A DNA stretch of 64,000 nucleotides from Chthoniobacteraceae bacterium (GCA_040081625.1 JBEBGD010000018.1:1-64000), one strand, 5' to 3'; counted from the stretch's first letter, positions 19,101 to 26,482 are shown. The notes: generated by a model from the sequence alone, not told the origin. Numbers and translations are program-made.

Positions 19101-20180
19101 GGGCCGGGCGACGTGGCCTTCACCGCGGCAATCCCGTCGTCGCAGAGCGGCGGTCTCATCAAAATGGGCGCGGGCACGCTCACGCTGAATGTGGCGAACA
19201 ACTACACCGGCACGACCGTGCTCGCCGCGGGCGCGATCACGGCGGGGGATGCGTCGGTGTTCGCAATCACTGCGGTGCAGTTCCAAGGCGGCGAAATCCG
19301 CAACACGAGCGGCGCGCCGCTCACGATCGCGAATAACCTCACGCTCAACGGCGCGATGCGCGTCGGCGGCACGCAGGATATTTCATTCGGCGGAACCGTC
19401 AGCTTGAACAACGCGACGCGCGAAATCGAAGTGACCAACACCGGCATCACCGCCTTGAGCGGCGTGATCTCGCCGAACGCGACGACGCTCGGTTACGGCG
19501 TCATCAAAACCGGCTCCGGCTTGCTCGTGGTCGGCGGCGCGAACACCTACGACGGCCCCACGCGAATCGAGGCCGGCGAGTTTCGCGCGGTGAATGTCAG
19601 CGGCAGCGCCACCGGCAGCGGCCTCACCACGATCGCCGGCGGCACGCTCGGCGGCAGCGGCACTGTCGGTGCGGTCGTGAGCACCGGCGGATTCCTCGCG
19701 CCCGCCGGGGGCGGCATCGGAACTCTCACGACCGGCGACCTCACGTTCAGCGGTGGCACCTTCTCGATCGGGATCGTGAGTCCCACGTTCGCAGACAAAC
19801 TGAACGTCGCCGGCACTGCGGGGTTCGGCGCGAATACCGCATTGAGCCTTTCCCTGCTCGGCGGCTACGACCCGGGACTCGGCGACAACTGGACGATCAT
19901 CGACAACGACGGCGCCGACGCGTTCGCGACCGGCCTGTTCCGATTTACCACTTCCGGCAGCCCGATCGAGTCGCTCGTCCCGTTCGTCGCGGCGGGAAAA
20001 CTCTTCTACCTCGACTACACCGGCGGCACCGGAAACGACATCGTCCTCGTCAGCATCCCGGAGCCATCCACCATCGTGTTCCTCGTCGCGGCACTGCCGC
20101 TGTGCTGGCGCCGGCGGTGCGTCAGGCGATTTCCTTGCGGTGGACCCAGACCGAGTTCACCACGCCGAGGCCGAACATGA
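10149..20180 (+). CDS. Giant secreted autotransporter-associated beta-strand repeat (PATR) protein with PEP-CTERM tail, ~3343 aa
   Basis: Signal region LAASIAALLLL; many LxKxGxGTLxLxxxNxYTGxTxIxxGxL repeats; C-terminal IPEPS + hydrophobic segment + RRR. The start may be ATG 10194. Confidence 0.9.
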   Translation: MPLHIPRRPCHASRAMRGIPSIKFSPSTKAGRRADPLAASIAALLLLTAPAAPAQTYTLSGSETFTDPVAWNFGAGPVPASDAALALTFQSFGTGAITATNDLNLTLNRLDLATFGTGSITLGASLGGNYAFTGVGSINLLGSGTATTLSAPVVLAQGLSSLTFDGAGTSGLAISGVVSSNTNAGAPLVIATDAGNAGMGIVTLSGANTFAGDVVLNSGTLSLGNARALGARTNTLMVNGGNLRTSTGGVTIANNVVLNAALIYNSANNVVLAGVLSGSGGLTCSASNAAAGVINIRGINTYTGATVVRGPDYAAAPLDGTGAINVGGAIGSILNTSRIDVSAGARLTLAFSSGHSASNARVSTSTEITFAGGFLDVLGHAGVVRQSLGVVNAGGLTTFLADTNGGAATPLAGAATEVTIADLRRGTGTTVSFSGPGLGGAAVAAGLATARGNVLLTQINGAAPDAALVGGNGAAGTTTISLLPWALGDTSNAARNYAAGSGFVTVGANGVRLLDAATEYNVGNDFTAMSAAENVRVTGVITSHTAPATVNSLYFASAGQTLSGGANALTITSGALASNVATATISNPVLFGVGGAGEAVVSVVDVLAGTTNSLTLAGGFTAASFTKSGHGDLIISTVDPMMNGAITINGGEIVVDAVSRLGSPTSITVNGQSQVAQRAGLNFTHSGAAVLAAPITTSGGAASINLATSLATLDLSSDISGAGGVNLTGVSGTTINLLGNNSYSGGTFIGTAGNFVTVQIDGDSRLGSTTDPNASFVNLGGGTLRLLGPWTSARAVNISAASTLNPFSANATLSGPITGIGSLSKVGNGTLTFTGPDSSYSGTITTTAGTLALSGAGQLNSASVTLGTSGLLNTLIFDLSAVADTDATDGSSTPWRAINALNTAAGYTSAHTVQLGASAGAPVDLRVGANTSFGGASGVIAGFGKLVKTGTGTFTLDGSSANTFTGGVEIWGGMLIFGADNQLGSPGNPITIRGGIISLSGVNPAVTTNRTITLGATPKPLISGSVAQTLVNGFFLDSGGTFTLGANVGGAGGFNKTGNATLVFGASSNSYAGDTQITQGLILFNNDAQFGAPGGRIRFNGGALMINEVIGSPTIYVLDRPLLFTEIGSVSAFRADATLRLTGPLIGSYNFGVSGAGQITIAGDSTSFFGAVSITGRTSLESTGQIRRGQLNLVSGASFDMSGLAREFSELILNGGTTIRLGLGGRLITGFNNAGMTWLGSITGDGAASVTKVGTGTVALIGGAITFGGGFHLLSGSGSTTLSSNGALPLQNALTIGAWGNNANRGPALLLDNTATNLGARIDDAQLIHSNAGEIQFTTNATTATSESLGSLRGAGMTTITMTAGGALNFTDAANGLTRVNRGTFLFNTPNLAFGTGAATTTTSNVVFGNLPGADLVGGGGPINTTTASILPYAVGTEPGNGPKFVTYDVNGVRYLNVWRSGLSGAGPTENVIFSETTFTVATLTGGTDQTVNSLTITGPTMTRVESSTTERLILGSGALLNAFVSNVFTTTAGGAVGLPLGIQVAELQTGSANTRELNVFTVSGSLAIGARVTTSGGLTKSGANELFLTNSANSYTGPTTINAGNLVVNNLSALGGSAMLQLGGGFLKYRGGDATLAQSVVAAGGDAANPNGGSAGFHIVSGTTLTIPGGGVSGFGGILKDGTGVLKLPGSNPHTGATIIAGGALAIGNPAALGSNARIIFADSAISASGGYTLRFDAPMTLAQEFITNTAQATVGFGFDTNGNDVTLSGTLLSTTSTRGLYKFGAGELNLTATEMFTGATQIFGGSLRLSGANGSILNSTGTGGFVTSRTVFMAPGTALVLDNAAANNNNRLPDVWDTPFGTGNGNSGSLGLFGAEFKIIGNPGGTSERVNQVEVDFATITLSGGGTTLISGKVNRVGSYSGGLIRGTNLGGTPGASSANWFVTDLGGGGVQLGGAGGAKGTPFVNVFTGFIGDVSATGSGTDFVTYAADTGFRPLAAGEYAGTIPAENFDLNRAPNVALSGGAMVNQTTAITALKLGAGAGVSGGGTLLLAQGTVLATGDATIEVPSLSTRIGGGSDSLIFHTSGATTTLAVSSVLPGGASLALMKYGDGTLAFSGRQTGAGFVQVAQGTLRLSGAGASLNPLGAGLNVLPGATFDLGGSDRVIAALDSFSIGISQPTSGGVSLGAKRLTIYGAGATSWSGAVSGAGGLTKAFNSTGTSTFLEPQSYTGSTVIRAGTLQLSGAGTLASSAVEIRGGTLAFNNADELAAAGGHIANRIGTGTPVTVAGGAMTFTENANTPGNHALGAVTLAGGATLTVTNGSAAPSTVTIANLTRAPGGILTVNATNFGLVQSPTGNARVFLSQVEGAAPASALIGGGGAPGTTNQSILPWAWTITGGSALTYGANGLRPLASGEFQTNLNTATADANVLVNSTQTLGAARTVNSLLCNGVSVTGAFDLTLGSGLLATGTGTIGATSNSLLTGAGNTRELILNIQGTMTLNYQLTTSGGVTKFGTGQLTLGATNAFTGGLNIDEGTVVFSTDARLGAAGGAIRFGGTATSGKLAIAGSGPVIFDRPIETASFGTLSGGSGRRWQLNRPISGAGGIGFAITGTLFELNAVNTYAGPTNWTGGHLHINGDSAFGDGGELICDTVGQFIVLHGDWSTSRLIQMNLGGAIQTNGFDTTWSGQLIGAGSLTKTGAGTLTLAEAMPWSGQLNLSAGTVRLADRGSFAAGSASRIVSAGATLALDGSGAHYSDRLADNAGSVTLNGGEFILRGNNGTTTEEVFNNLGLGVGASTVTVVAGPARAAIVRLAGTPTNAGGAASLWRGTNLGVNAPGTAESANVIFTATNTATFPLTGGGAPADHPSLSIIKGGFGDASATGLGTQFVTYDADKGVRLLNANTEFTATLVDGSVVTDNVKADSGTLLVASATQANALWLKDGGSVSGGGTLTLATGNLLVTGVGNLVATPITTGAPTTLAIGGPGDVAFTAAIPSSQSGGLIKMGAGTLTLNVANNYTGTTVLAAGAITAGDASVFAITAVQFQGGEIRNTSGAPLTIANNLTLNGAMRVGGTQDISFGGTVSLNNATREIEVTNTGITALSGVISPNATTLGYGVIKTGSGLLVVGGANTYDGPTRIEAGEFRAVNVSGSATGSGLTTIAGGTLGGSGTVGAVVSTGGFLAPAGGGIGTLTTGDLTFSGGTFSIGIVSPTFADKLNVAGTAGFGANTALSLSLLGGYDPGLGDNWTIIDNDGADAFATGLFRFTTSGSPIESLVPFVAAGKLFYLDYTGGTGNDIVLVSIPEPSTIVFLVAALPLCWRRRCVRRFPCGGPRPSSPRRGRT

Positions 20181-21225
20181 TCATCACCACGAACGTGCCG
20201 CCGTAGCTCACGAGTGGCAGCGGCAGGCCGGTGATGGGCATGAGCGAGATGGTCATGCCGATGTTTTGATAGACGTGGAAGAACATCTGCCCCGCGAGGC
20301 CGGCGGTGAGCAGCAGGCCGAATTCATCCGCGGCATGATACGCGGTGAAGAGCATCGCGAGCAGCAGCACGGCAAACGTGCCGATGAGCGCCACGCCGCC
20401 GAGGAAGCCCAATTGCTCGCCGATGGCGGAGAAGATGTAGTCGGTGTGAACGGTGGTGCCGGGGAGAAAACCCTGCTCGATCTGGGTGTTCGGCGCCTTG
20501 AATCCCTTGCCGGAAAATCCGCCTGAGCCGATGGCGATGAGCGATTGGTTGATCGCCCACGCGGAGCCTTTCGGATCGATCTCCGGGTCGAGGAAGGCGG
20601 TGATGCGCGCCCGCTGGTAGGGCTTCATGCCGAAGTTGTAAGCCAGCGGAACCACGCACAGGCCGAGCAGCACGATGACGATGAGGTAGCGTTTTGGCAG
20701 CCCCGCCACGAGCAGGATCGACATCATCACCGGCACCCAAACGAGCGTCATGCCGAAGTCGGGTTGCTTGAGGATGAGCAACATCGGGCCGCCGACCATC
20801 GCGCCGACGAAGAAGAGCTTGAGCATCGGGTGCAGCCGCCTGAACTGGCTGAGGAAGAGCGCGACGACGAGGATGCCGGCGATGACGGCGAGCTGCGAGG
20901 GCTGGAAAAGCAGGCCGCCGGGCAGGACGAGCCAGCACTTCGCACCGCCGACTTCCTTGCCCATGACATAGGTGAGCACGACGCCCGCGATACCGGCCAG
21001 GTAGAGCGGCAGCGCGACCCATTTCAATAACCGATACGGAATCAGGCTTACGACAAAAAACAGGATCAGCCCAGCGCCGACCCACAGCCGCTGCTTGTGC
21101 CAGTAGTCGTCGGTCTTGAAATACGTCGCCGTATAGACCGCGACGACGCCGAAGACCGCGAGCGCGATCGTCGCGGCGATCAGCACCCAGTTCATGCCGA
21201 GGATTTTCCGGATGAGCGGCGTCAT
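20122..21225 (-). CDS. rodA: SEDS family protein, rod shape-determining RodA (FtsW/RodA/SpoVE)
   Basis: Multiple TM helices; GAKCW, FQPSQ, LKQPDFG, YQRARI, QSLIAIGSGG, HTDYIFSAIGE and PITGLPLPLVSYGG. Confidence 0.9.
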   Translation of the reverse strand: MTPLIRKILGMNWVLIAATIALAVFGVVAVYTATYFKTDDYWHKQRLWVGAGLILFFVVSLIPYRLLKWVALPLYLAGIAGVVLTYVMGKEVGGAKCWLVLPGGLLFQPSQLAVIAGILVVALFLSQFRRLHPMLKLFFVGAMVGGPMLLILKQPDFGMTLVWVPVMMSILLVAGLPKRYLIVIVLLGLCVVPLAYNFGMKPYQRARITAFLDPEIDPKGSAWAINQSLIAIGSGGFSGKGFKAPNTQIEQGFLPGTTVHTDYIFSAIGEQLGFLGGVALIGTFAVLLLAMLFTAYHAADEFGLLLTAGLAGQMFFHVYQNIGMTISLMPITGLPLPLVSYGGTFVVMIMFGLGVVNSVWVHRKEIA

Positions 21226-21228
21226 CGA

Positions 21229-22017
21229 TTACGCAAACGTCGGCACGGCCGCGAGCAGCTTGCGCGTGTATTCGTGCTGAGGCGCCTCGTAGATCTGCGC
21301 GGCGGGCGCGGACTCGACGATCTTTCCGTGGTTCATCACGAGCACGTGATCGCTCACGTGCTCGATCACCGCGAGATCGTGCGCGATGAAGAGGTAGGTC
21401 AGGCCGAGCTGCTCCTGGAGGTCTTGCAGCAGGTTCACGATCTGCGCCTGCACGCTCACATCGAGCGCGCTCACCGGCTCGTCGCACACGATGAACTTCG
21501 GCTCGACCGCCAGCGCCCGCGCGATGCCGATGCGCTGCCGCTGCCCGCCGCTGAACTCGTGCGGATAGCGGTGCATCATCTCCGGCTTGAGCCCGGCCTG
21601 CGTGAGCAAATCCGCCACGCGCTGCTCGCGCTGGCTGCGCGACATCGCGGGGAAATGAATCTCGAGCGCTTCGCCGATGATCTGGAAGACGGTGTGCCGC
21701 GGGTTCAGCGAGCCGAAGGGATCCTGGAAGATCATCTGCAACTCGCGCCGCAGCGGTCGAAAGTCTCCCTCCGCCATCGGAACGATGTCCGTGCCGTCGA
21801 AAAGAATCTGTCCGCTGGTCACCGGCGTGAGCTTGAGCAGCGCGCGTCCGATTGTCGTCTTGCCGCTGCCGCTCTCGCCCACGAGCCCGACCGTGGTGCC
21901 GGCCTCGACCGTGAAGCTCACGTCATCGACAGCCTTCACGTCGTCCGTGTGCCGGCGGAGGACGCCGGTGCGGACGGGAAACCAGACGCGGAGATTTTTG
22001 ACTTCAAGAAGAGGCAC
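21229..22017 (-). CDS. Oligopeptide/dipeptide ABC transporter ATP-binding subunit (OppF/DppF-like)
   Basis: Walker [36 protein letters not shown]. Start placed at GTG 22017 (VPLLEVKNL); a perfect TTGACA lies at 22056-22051 on the - strand. Confidence 0.9.
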   Translation of the reverse strand: MPLLEVKNLRVWFPVRTGVLRRHTDDVKAVDDVSFTVEAGTTVGLVGESGSGKTTIGRALLKLTPVTSGQILFDGTDIVPMAEGDFRPLRRELQMIFQDPFGSLNPRHTVFQIIGEALEIHFPAMSRSQREQRVADLLTQAGLKPEMMHRYPHEFSGGQRQRIGIARALAVEPKFIVCDEPVSALDVSVQAQIVNLLQDLQEQLGLTYLFIAHDLAVIEHVSDHVLVMNHGKIVESAPAAQIYEAPQHEYTRKLLAAVPTFA

Positions 22018-22066
22018 GGCGCCGGCAGGTGTCCGGTGTGAAGCGCGAAGTGTCAAGCGAGCGGAA

Positions 22067-22102
22067 ACTTTGTCTTGCAACGCGAGCTTTGCCACGCAAA
22101 GT
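22067..22102. promoter_or_regulatory. Tandem putative operator sites (ACTTTG-TCTTG-CAACGC; GCTTTG-CCACG-CAAAGT)
   Basis: CTTTG-N5-CAAAG inverted repeat at 22086-22102 plus an imperfect copy at 22067-22083, just upstream of the membrane-protein/wHTH pair. A third copy precedes ispH. Confidence 0.65.
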
Positions 22103-22109
22103 AACGCCC

Positions 22110-22739
22110 ATGATTGACCGTTCCGAAGCCGAAGAACATCTCCGCGTCATCCGCTCGCTCATGGAGAAGGCGACTGTTTACCGGGCCATCTCGGCGCCCG
22201 CTGCGCTCATCGGAGGCATCCTTTCGCTGCTCGCGGCCTCCGCCGGCGTCTGGCTCTCTAATCCGGCGTTTGCTGTTCCGCACGAAGCGTGTCGGTTCGC
22301 CTTGCCTTGGGGCCTCGTGCTGGCCGCGACTGCTGTCGCGAATCTCGTCCTGCTGCGCCGCGAACGGAACGAGGGCGAGCTTGGGTTTGTCTCCGCGCGC
22401 ATGGTCCACACGCTGCGCGGGATGTCGCCCGCGCTGCTCGGAGGCGGGTTCGCCACGGCGCTGCAAAGCGACGGCGGCTGGGCGACGACTGCATCGCTCT
22501 GGGTCCTATTCTACGGCATCAGCCTGCTCGCCGCGTCGCACTTCGCCCCGAGTTCCATTCGCTGGCTTGGACGCGCATTCTTCGCTGCTGGCGCTGCGCT
22601 GCTCACTGCGAAGGCCCTGGCCCTCGACGCGTGCCTCGGAAGCAATCACGACCTGGCCGCGCACGCCGTGATGGGTTCGACCTTCGGCCTCTTCCACCTC
22701 ATCTACGCCGCCTGCACCTGGCCTCGCCGCGCGCGATGA
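22110..22739 (+). CDS. Integral membrane protein (about 6 TM), partner of the wHTH regulator
   Basis: [20 protein letters not shown]-terminus followed by hydrophobic helices; FGLFHLIYA; overlaps the regulator start (ATGA). Confidence 0.8.
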   Translation: MIDRSEAEEHLRVIRSLMEKATVYRAISAPAALIGGILSLLAASAGVWLSNPAFAVPHEACRFALPWGLVLAATAVANLVLLRRERNEGELGFVSARMVHTLRGMSPALLGGGFATALQSDGGWATTASLWVLFYGISLLAASHFAPSSIRWLGRAFFAAGAALLTAKALALDACLGSNHDLAAHAVMGSTFGLFHLIYAACTWPRRAR

Positions 22740-23032
22740 TCGACTTCAGCAAGCTCGACAAAACCATCCATGAGAAAGCGCGGCTCAGCATCATGACGCT
22801 CCTGGCGACCCGGCCTGCGTGGACGTTTCAGGATCTCAAGTCGGAGCTGGCTATGAGCGACGGGAACCTCATCACGCACTTGCGAGTGCTGCACGACGCG
22901 GGGCTGGTCGCGATGACGAAGGAGATGCTCGACCGGCCGCAGACCAGCTACTCGCTCACGGCGCGGGGGAAAACGGCCTTCGATGAATACCTCGCCGTGC
23001 TGGAACAGATCGTCCGCGCCACGCAGCGATGA
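22736..23032 (+). CDS. Winged-helix transcriptional regulator (HTH_34/ArsR-MarR-like), 98 aa
   Basis: LDKTIHEKARLSIM…FQDLK…SDGNLITHLRVL…TSYSLTARGKTAF. Confidence 0.88.
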   Translation: MIDFSKLDKTIHEKARLSIMTLLATRPAWTFQDLKSELAMSDGNLITHLRVLHDAGLVAMTKEMLDRPQTSYSLTARGKTAFDEYLAVLEQIVRATQR

Positions 23033-23048
23033 GTTTTTTTGCCCGAAC

Positions 23049-23065
23049 ACTTTGCCGCACAAAGC
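23049..23065. promoter_or_regulatory. Putative operator ACTTTG-CCGCA-CAAAGC upstream of ispH
   Basis: Same CTTTG-N5-CAAAG inverted repeat as at 22086-22102, 11 nt before the ispH ATG. Confidence 0.65.
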
Positions 23066-23076
23066 ATAAACCAAAC

Positions 23077-23946
23077 ATGATCATCAAACTCGCCGAACAT
23101 TACGGCCTCTGCTTTGGCGTCCGCGACGCCATCGCCGAGGCGGAACGCCTCGCCCAGCACGGACCCCTGACCATCCTCGGGGAACTCGTCCACAACCCCG
23201 TCGTCCGGGAACGACTCGCCCGCGCCGGCGTGCGCGAAGGTGCGCTCGACCGGCCGGCGGAAACTTCGCAGGTGATGATCACCGCCCATGGCACGAGCGA
23301 CGCGATGCGCGCGGCACTCCGGCAAAGCGGGCGTGGCATCGCCGACGGCACGTGCCCGCTCGTCCGGCACGCACACGACCAGCTCCGCGCGCTTGTGCAG
23401 CTTGGCTGTTTCCCGGTAGTCGTCGGCCAGCCGGGGCACGTCGAGGTGCGCGGGCTCACGGGCGATTATCCCGGCGCTGCAGTGGTGAACGACGAAGCCG
23501 ACATCGCCGCGCTGCCGGATGCCGGGGTGCTCGGCGTGATCGCCCAGACGACGCAGCCGATCGAGCGCGTGCAGGCGCTCGTCGCGGCGATGCGCGCCGC
23601 GCGGCCGCGGTGTGAAGTGCGATTTGTTGATACCGTCTGCCAGCCGACGAAGAGCCGCCAATCCGCGCTGCGCAAGCTGCTCGCGGAATGCGACACGATG
23701 GTCGTAGTCGGTGGGCGAAACTCGAACAACACGCTCCAGCTCGTCGCCGCCGCCGAGGCTGCGGGCCTCGCCGTTTTTCACATCGAGCGCGCGTCCCAGA
23801 TCGAAGGCGCGTGGTTCGCGGACGCGAAAGTTGTCGGCCTCACTGCGGGCACTTCGACGCTCAAGGAAACCGTCGCCGAGGTCCACGCGCGGCTCGCCGA
23901 GATTGCCCGAAATTTTCAATCCACCACCACACACGCCTCAGCATGA
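23077..23946 (+). CDS. ispH: 4-hydroxy-3-methylbut-2-enyl diphosphate reductase (IspH/LytB)
   Basis: GLCFGV, LVHN, TAHG, DGTCPLV, GHVEV, QTT, TVCQPT, SNNT and TAGTST: three Fe-S Cys and catalytic motifs present. Confidence 0.92.
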   Translation: MIIKLAEHYGLCFGVRDAIAEAERLAQHGPLTILGELVHNPVVRERLARAGVREGALDRPAETSQVMITAHGTSDAMRAALRQSGRGIADGTCPLVRHAHDQLRALVQLGCFPVVVGQPGHVEVRGLTGDYPGAAVVNDEADIAALPDAGVLGVIAQTTQPIERVQALVAAMRAARPRCEVRFVDTVCQPTKSRQSALRKLLAECDTMVVVGGRNSNNTLQLVAAAEAAGLAVFHIERASQIEGAWFADAKVVGLTAGTSTLKETVAEVHARLAEIARNFQSTTTHASA

Positions 23947-24704
23947 ACACCCGCCACTGGATCGCTCACTTCGAAAACAACCGCCGCGGTCGCGTGGAGC
24001 CGGACTGGAGCGCGTCCTTCACGCTGCCGGAGAGAAAACGCACGCACCTCGCCCGCTCGCTGGCGGAGTATCAACTCGGCGACGGGGGCGGCGAGTGCCG
24101 GCTTGTAGCGCGTGACGCGGACAAGTTTCGCACGTCGATCCCGGGGATGAATCGGCTCGTGGACCTGTGGTTCGCCGAGGAGCGTGAGCACTCGCGTCTG
24201 CTCACAGGCGCGGTGCGGCGCGTCGGCGGCACGTTCGTGACGACCACGCCGGCGATGAGTCTTTTCTACGCGGTGCGGCGCGCGCTGGGCGTGGAGTTCG
24301 AGCTGCTCGTGCTGCTCATCGTCGAGATCGTGAGCACGGTTTACTACCGCTCGATTCGCAAACATGTCGGCGATGCGCCGCTGGCTGCGATGTGCCGGCT
24401 CATCATCCGCGATGAAGCGGGACACGTGGCGTTCCATCGCGAACGCGTCGCGGCGCAGTTCCCCGGGGGCGTGCCGGGCGGCTGGGTGCTGCGCTTTCAC
24501 GCACTCGGATTCGCATGCGCATGCTTTTTGTGGCTGGGAAAAAACGGCGCGTGTCTGCGAGCGCTCGGCACGACGCGCGCGGAGTTCTTCCGCCAGATCC
24601 GAGCCGGGCTGCTGCGTTTCGAGGGAGGAATTGCGCGTCGGCTCCGGTGCTGCGCCCCCGCGGCACGGTCCGTCGCGTTGAACGAAATTAATCCAGTCCC
24701 TTGA
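23943..24704 (+). CDS. Ferritin-like (diiron carboxylate) domain protein
   Basis: YQLGD, EEREH, IVEIV and DEAGHVAFH ExxH pairs; ATGA overlap with ispH. Confidence 0.8.
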   Translation: MNTRHWIAHFENNRRGRVEPDWSASFTLPERKRTHLARSLAEYQLGDGGGECRLVARDADKFRTSIPGMNRLVDLWFAEEREHSRLLTGAVRRVGGTFVTTTPAMSLFYAVRRALGVEFELLVLLIVEIVSTVYYRSIRKHVGDAPLAAMCRLIIRDEAGHVAFHRERVAAQFPGGVPGGWVLRFHALGFACACFLWLGKNGACLRALGTTRAEFFRQIRAGLLRFEGGIARRLRCCAPAARSVALNEINPVP

Positions 24705-25155
24705 TCACCGGCTTGTCCTTCGACCACCACAGCGGGTCGAGGTCGAGCTTCGCCGCCTCTTCGACTGGCCACGTGTATTGGCAGGCTTCGCAGTAAAAAT
24801 CGCGCTCGATCACGCCTGCGGCCGCCAGCGCGGCGGGCAGCGCGCCCATGAGCGTGCGCCGGGAGAATTGCGGATACTCCACGCGCAGCGAACCGCACTC
24901 CGGACAGCGCGCGGCACCCTTGAGAATCTGATCCGATTGATCCCACTCGAGCGCCTGGCGGGTGGCGGCGAGGACCGCATCCTCGCGCACCACCACACGG
25001 ATGTGCGCGCGCGGGTGCAGATTGTAGAGCTGCCATTTCTGCGCGGCCGATTCATCGGTGACCTCCGCGTGGAATCCTGCTTCGCGAAGCCGAGCGGAGA
25101 GTTTTTCCGCCGGCTCCATTTGATCGAATGCTGCGATGGACATCAGTTGGGCCAT
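24688..25155 (-). CDS. Hypothetical protein, DUF2007-like N-terminus plus Zn-ribbon (CPECGS…CEACQY)
   Basis: Start MAQLMSIAAF; two CxxC pairs flanking a short hydrophobic segment. Confidence 0.7.
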   Translation of the reverse strand: MAQLMSIAAFDQMEPAEKLSARLREAGFHAEVTDESAAQKWQLYNLHPRAHIRVVVREDAVLAATRQALEWDQSDQILKGAARCPECGSLRVEYPQFSRRTLMGALPAALAAAGVIERDFYCEACQYTWPVEEAAKLDLDPLWWSKDKPVIKGLD

Positions 25156-25189
25156 AAGACGTTTTTGAGGTCTGGAGTTGTCTGGCGTC

Positions 25190-25217
25190 AGTCTAGCTTT
25201 GCCCGCCGCCGTGTCAG
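25190..25217 (-). promoter_or_regulatory. Possible sigma70 promoter CTGACA-N16-TAGACT
   Basis: Near-consensus hexamers upstream of the 25155 gene; by eye only. Confidence 0.35.
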
Positions 25218-25444
25218 CACAAACCTTCGGGCAGGCGGGCGGCACAAATCGCGGTTGCCCGAGCGAAGCGCAGACTTGAGCACGGCACGGCCAGCTATGT
25301 TTCGCGGACTGGAAAACCCCGTCGGGATGAAACATCGACGTGGTGCCGAATACCGCGTGGTGCTCGATGTCTCGGGCACGCCGACGATCACGCTTCGAAA
25401 TCGTCGCCGGCGAGCAGGCTGCCATACGCCACGCACCGCAGCCC

Positions 25445-25473
25445 TTGGCAAGCCGCCGCGCACCGCATAGCGT
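25445..25473 (+). promoter_or_regulatory. Possible sigma70 promoter TTGGCA-N17-TAGCGT
   Basis: Near-consensus hexamers with a 17-nt spacer, ending 10 nt before the moxR ATG. Confidence 0.45.
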
Positions 25474-25483
25474 GCGCGCCGCC

Positions 25484-26482
25484 ATGCCCGATCCCGCCGA
25501 ACTCCAAGCCGAAGCGAGCCGATTCCGTGATGACTTTCTGCGCCTGCGCGAAGCTGTGGGGCAGATCATCGTCGGACAGCAGCGCGTCGTGGAAGGCACG
25601 CTCACCGCGATCATCGCCGGTGGCAACGTGCTGCTCGAGGGCGTGCCCGGCCTCGGCAAGACCGAGCTCGTGAAGACGCTCGCCCGCGCGCTCGATCTCG
25701 ACTTCCGACGCATTCAGTTCACGCCTGATCTGATGCCCGCCGACATCGTCGGCACGAATGTGATGAGCACCGGCCCCGACGGACGCTACGCGTTCGAGTT
25801 TCGCCGCGGGCCGATCTTCACGCAGCTCCTGCTCGCCGACGAGATCAACCGCGCGACGCCCAAGACGCAGTCCGCGCTGCTCGAGACCATGCAGGAAGGC
25901 AGCGTCACTGCAGCCGGCACCACGCACCTGCTCGTGCAGCCCTTCTTCGTGCTCGCGACGCAAAACCCGATCGAGCAGGAAGGCACCTATCCGCTGCCCG
26001 AGGCGCAACTCGACCGGTTCATGTTCAAGCTCGACGTGCCTTTCCTCAATCGCGCCGAGCTGAACGAAGTCGTCCTCCGCACCACGCTCACGCGCCACGT
26101 CGAAGTGCCGAAGGTCCTCGACGGCCCGCGCATCATGGAGCTGCGCACGATCCTCGAGAAAGTCGTCGTCGCCGATCCGTTGCGCGACTACGCCGTGCGC
26201 CTCGTCCTCGCCACGCACCCCGCCGCCGGGGAGTCCGGCGAAGCCGTGCGGCGCTTTGTGAAATGGGGAGCCAGCCCGCGCGCCGTGCAGGCACTCATCC
26301 GTGCCGCTCGTGTCCGTGCTCTCGCGGAAGGGCGCGCCCATGTCGCCTTCGAGGACATCCGCCACTTCGCTCCCGAAGTGCTCGGCCACCGCGTGCTGCT
26401 CAACTACGATGGCCTCGCCGAAAACCTCAGCGTGCCCAGTCTCATCGCCGACCTCGCGCAGAGCGTGCCGGCAGAAGTCTGA
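25484..26482 (+). CDS. moxR: MoxR family AAA+ ATPase
   Basis: LLEGVPGLGKT, RIQFTPDLMPADI, LADEINRATPKTQSALLE, ATQNPIEQEGTYPLPEAQLDRF and GASPRA. Confidence 0.93.
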   Translation: MPDPAELQAEASRFRDDFLRLREAVGQIIVGQQRVVEGTLTAIIAGGNVLLEGVPGLGKTELVKTLARALDLDFRRIQFTPDLMPADIVGTNVMSTGPDGRYAFEFRRGPIFTQLLLADEINRATPKTQSALLETMQEGSVTAAGTTHLLVQPFFVLATQNPIEQEGTYPLPEAQLDRFMFKLDVPFLNRAELNEVVLRTTLTRHVEVPKVLDGPRIMELRTILEKVVVADPLRDYAVRLVLATHPAAGESGEAVRRFVKWGASPRAVQALIRAARVRALAEGRAHVAFEDIRHFAPEVLGHRVLLNYDGLAENLSVPSLIADLAQSVPAEV

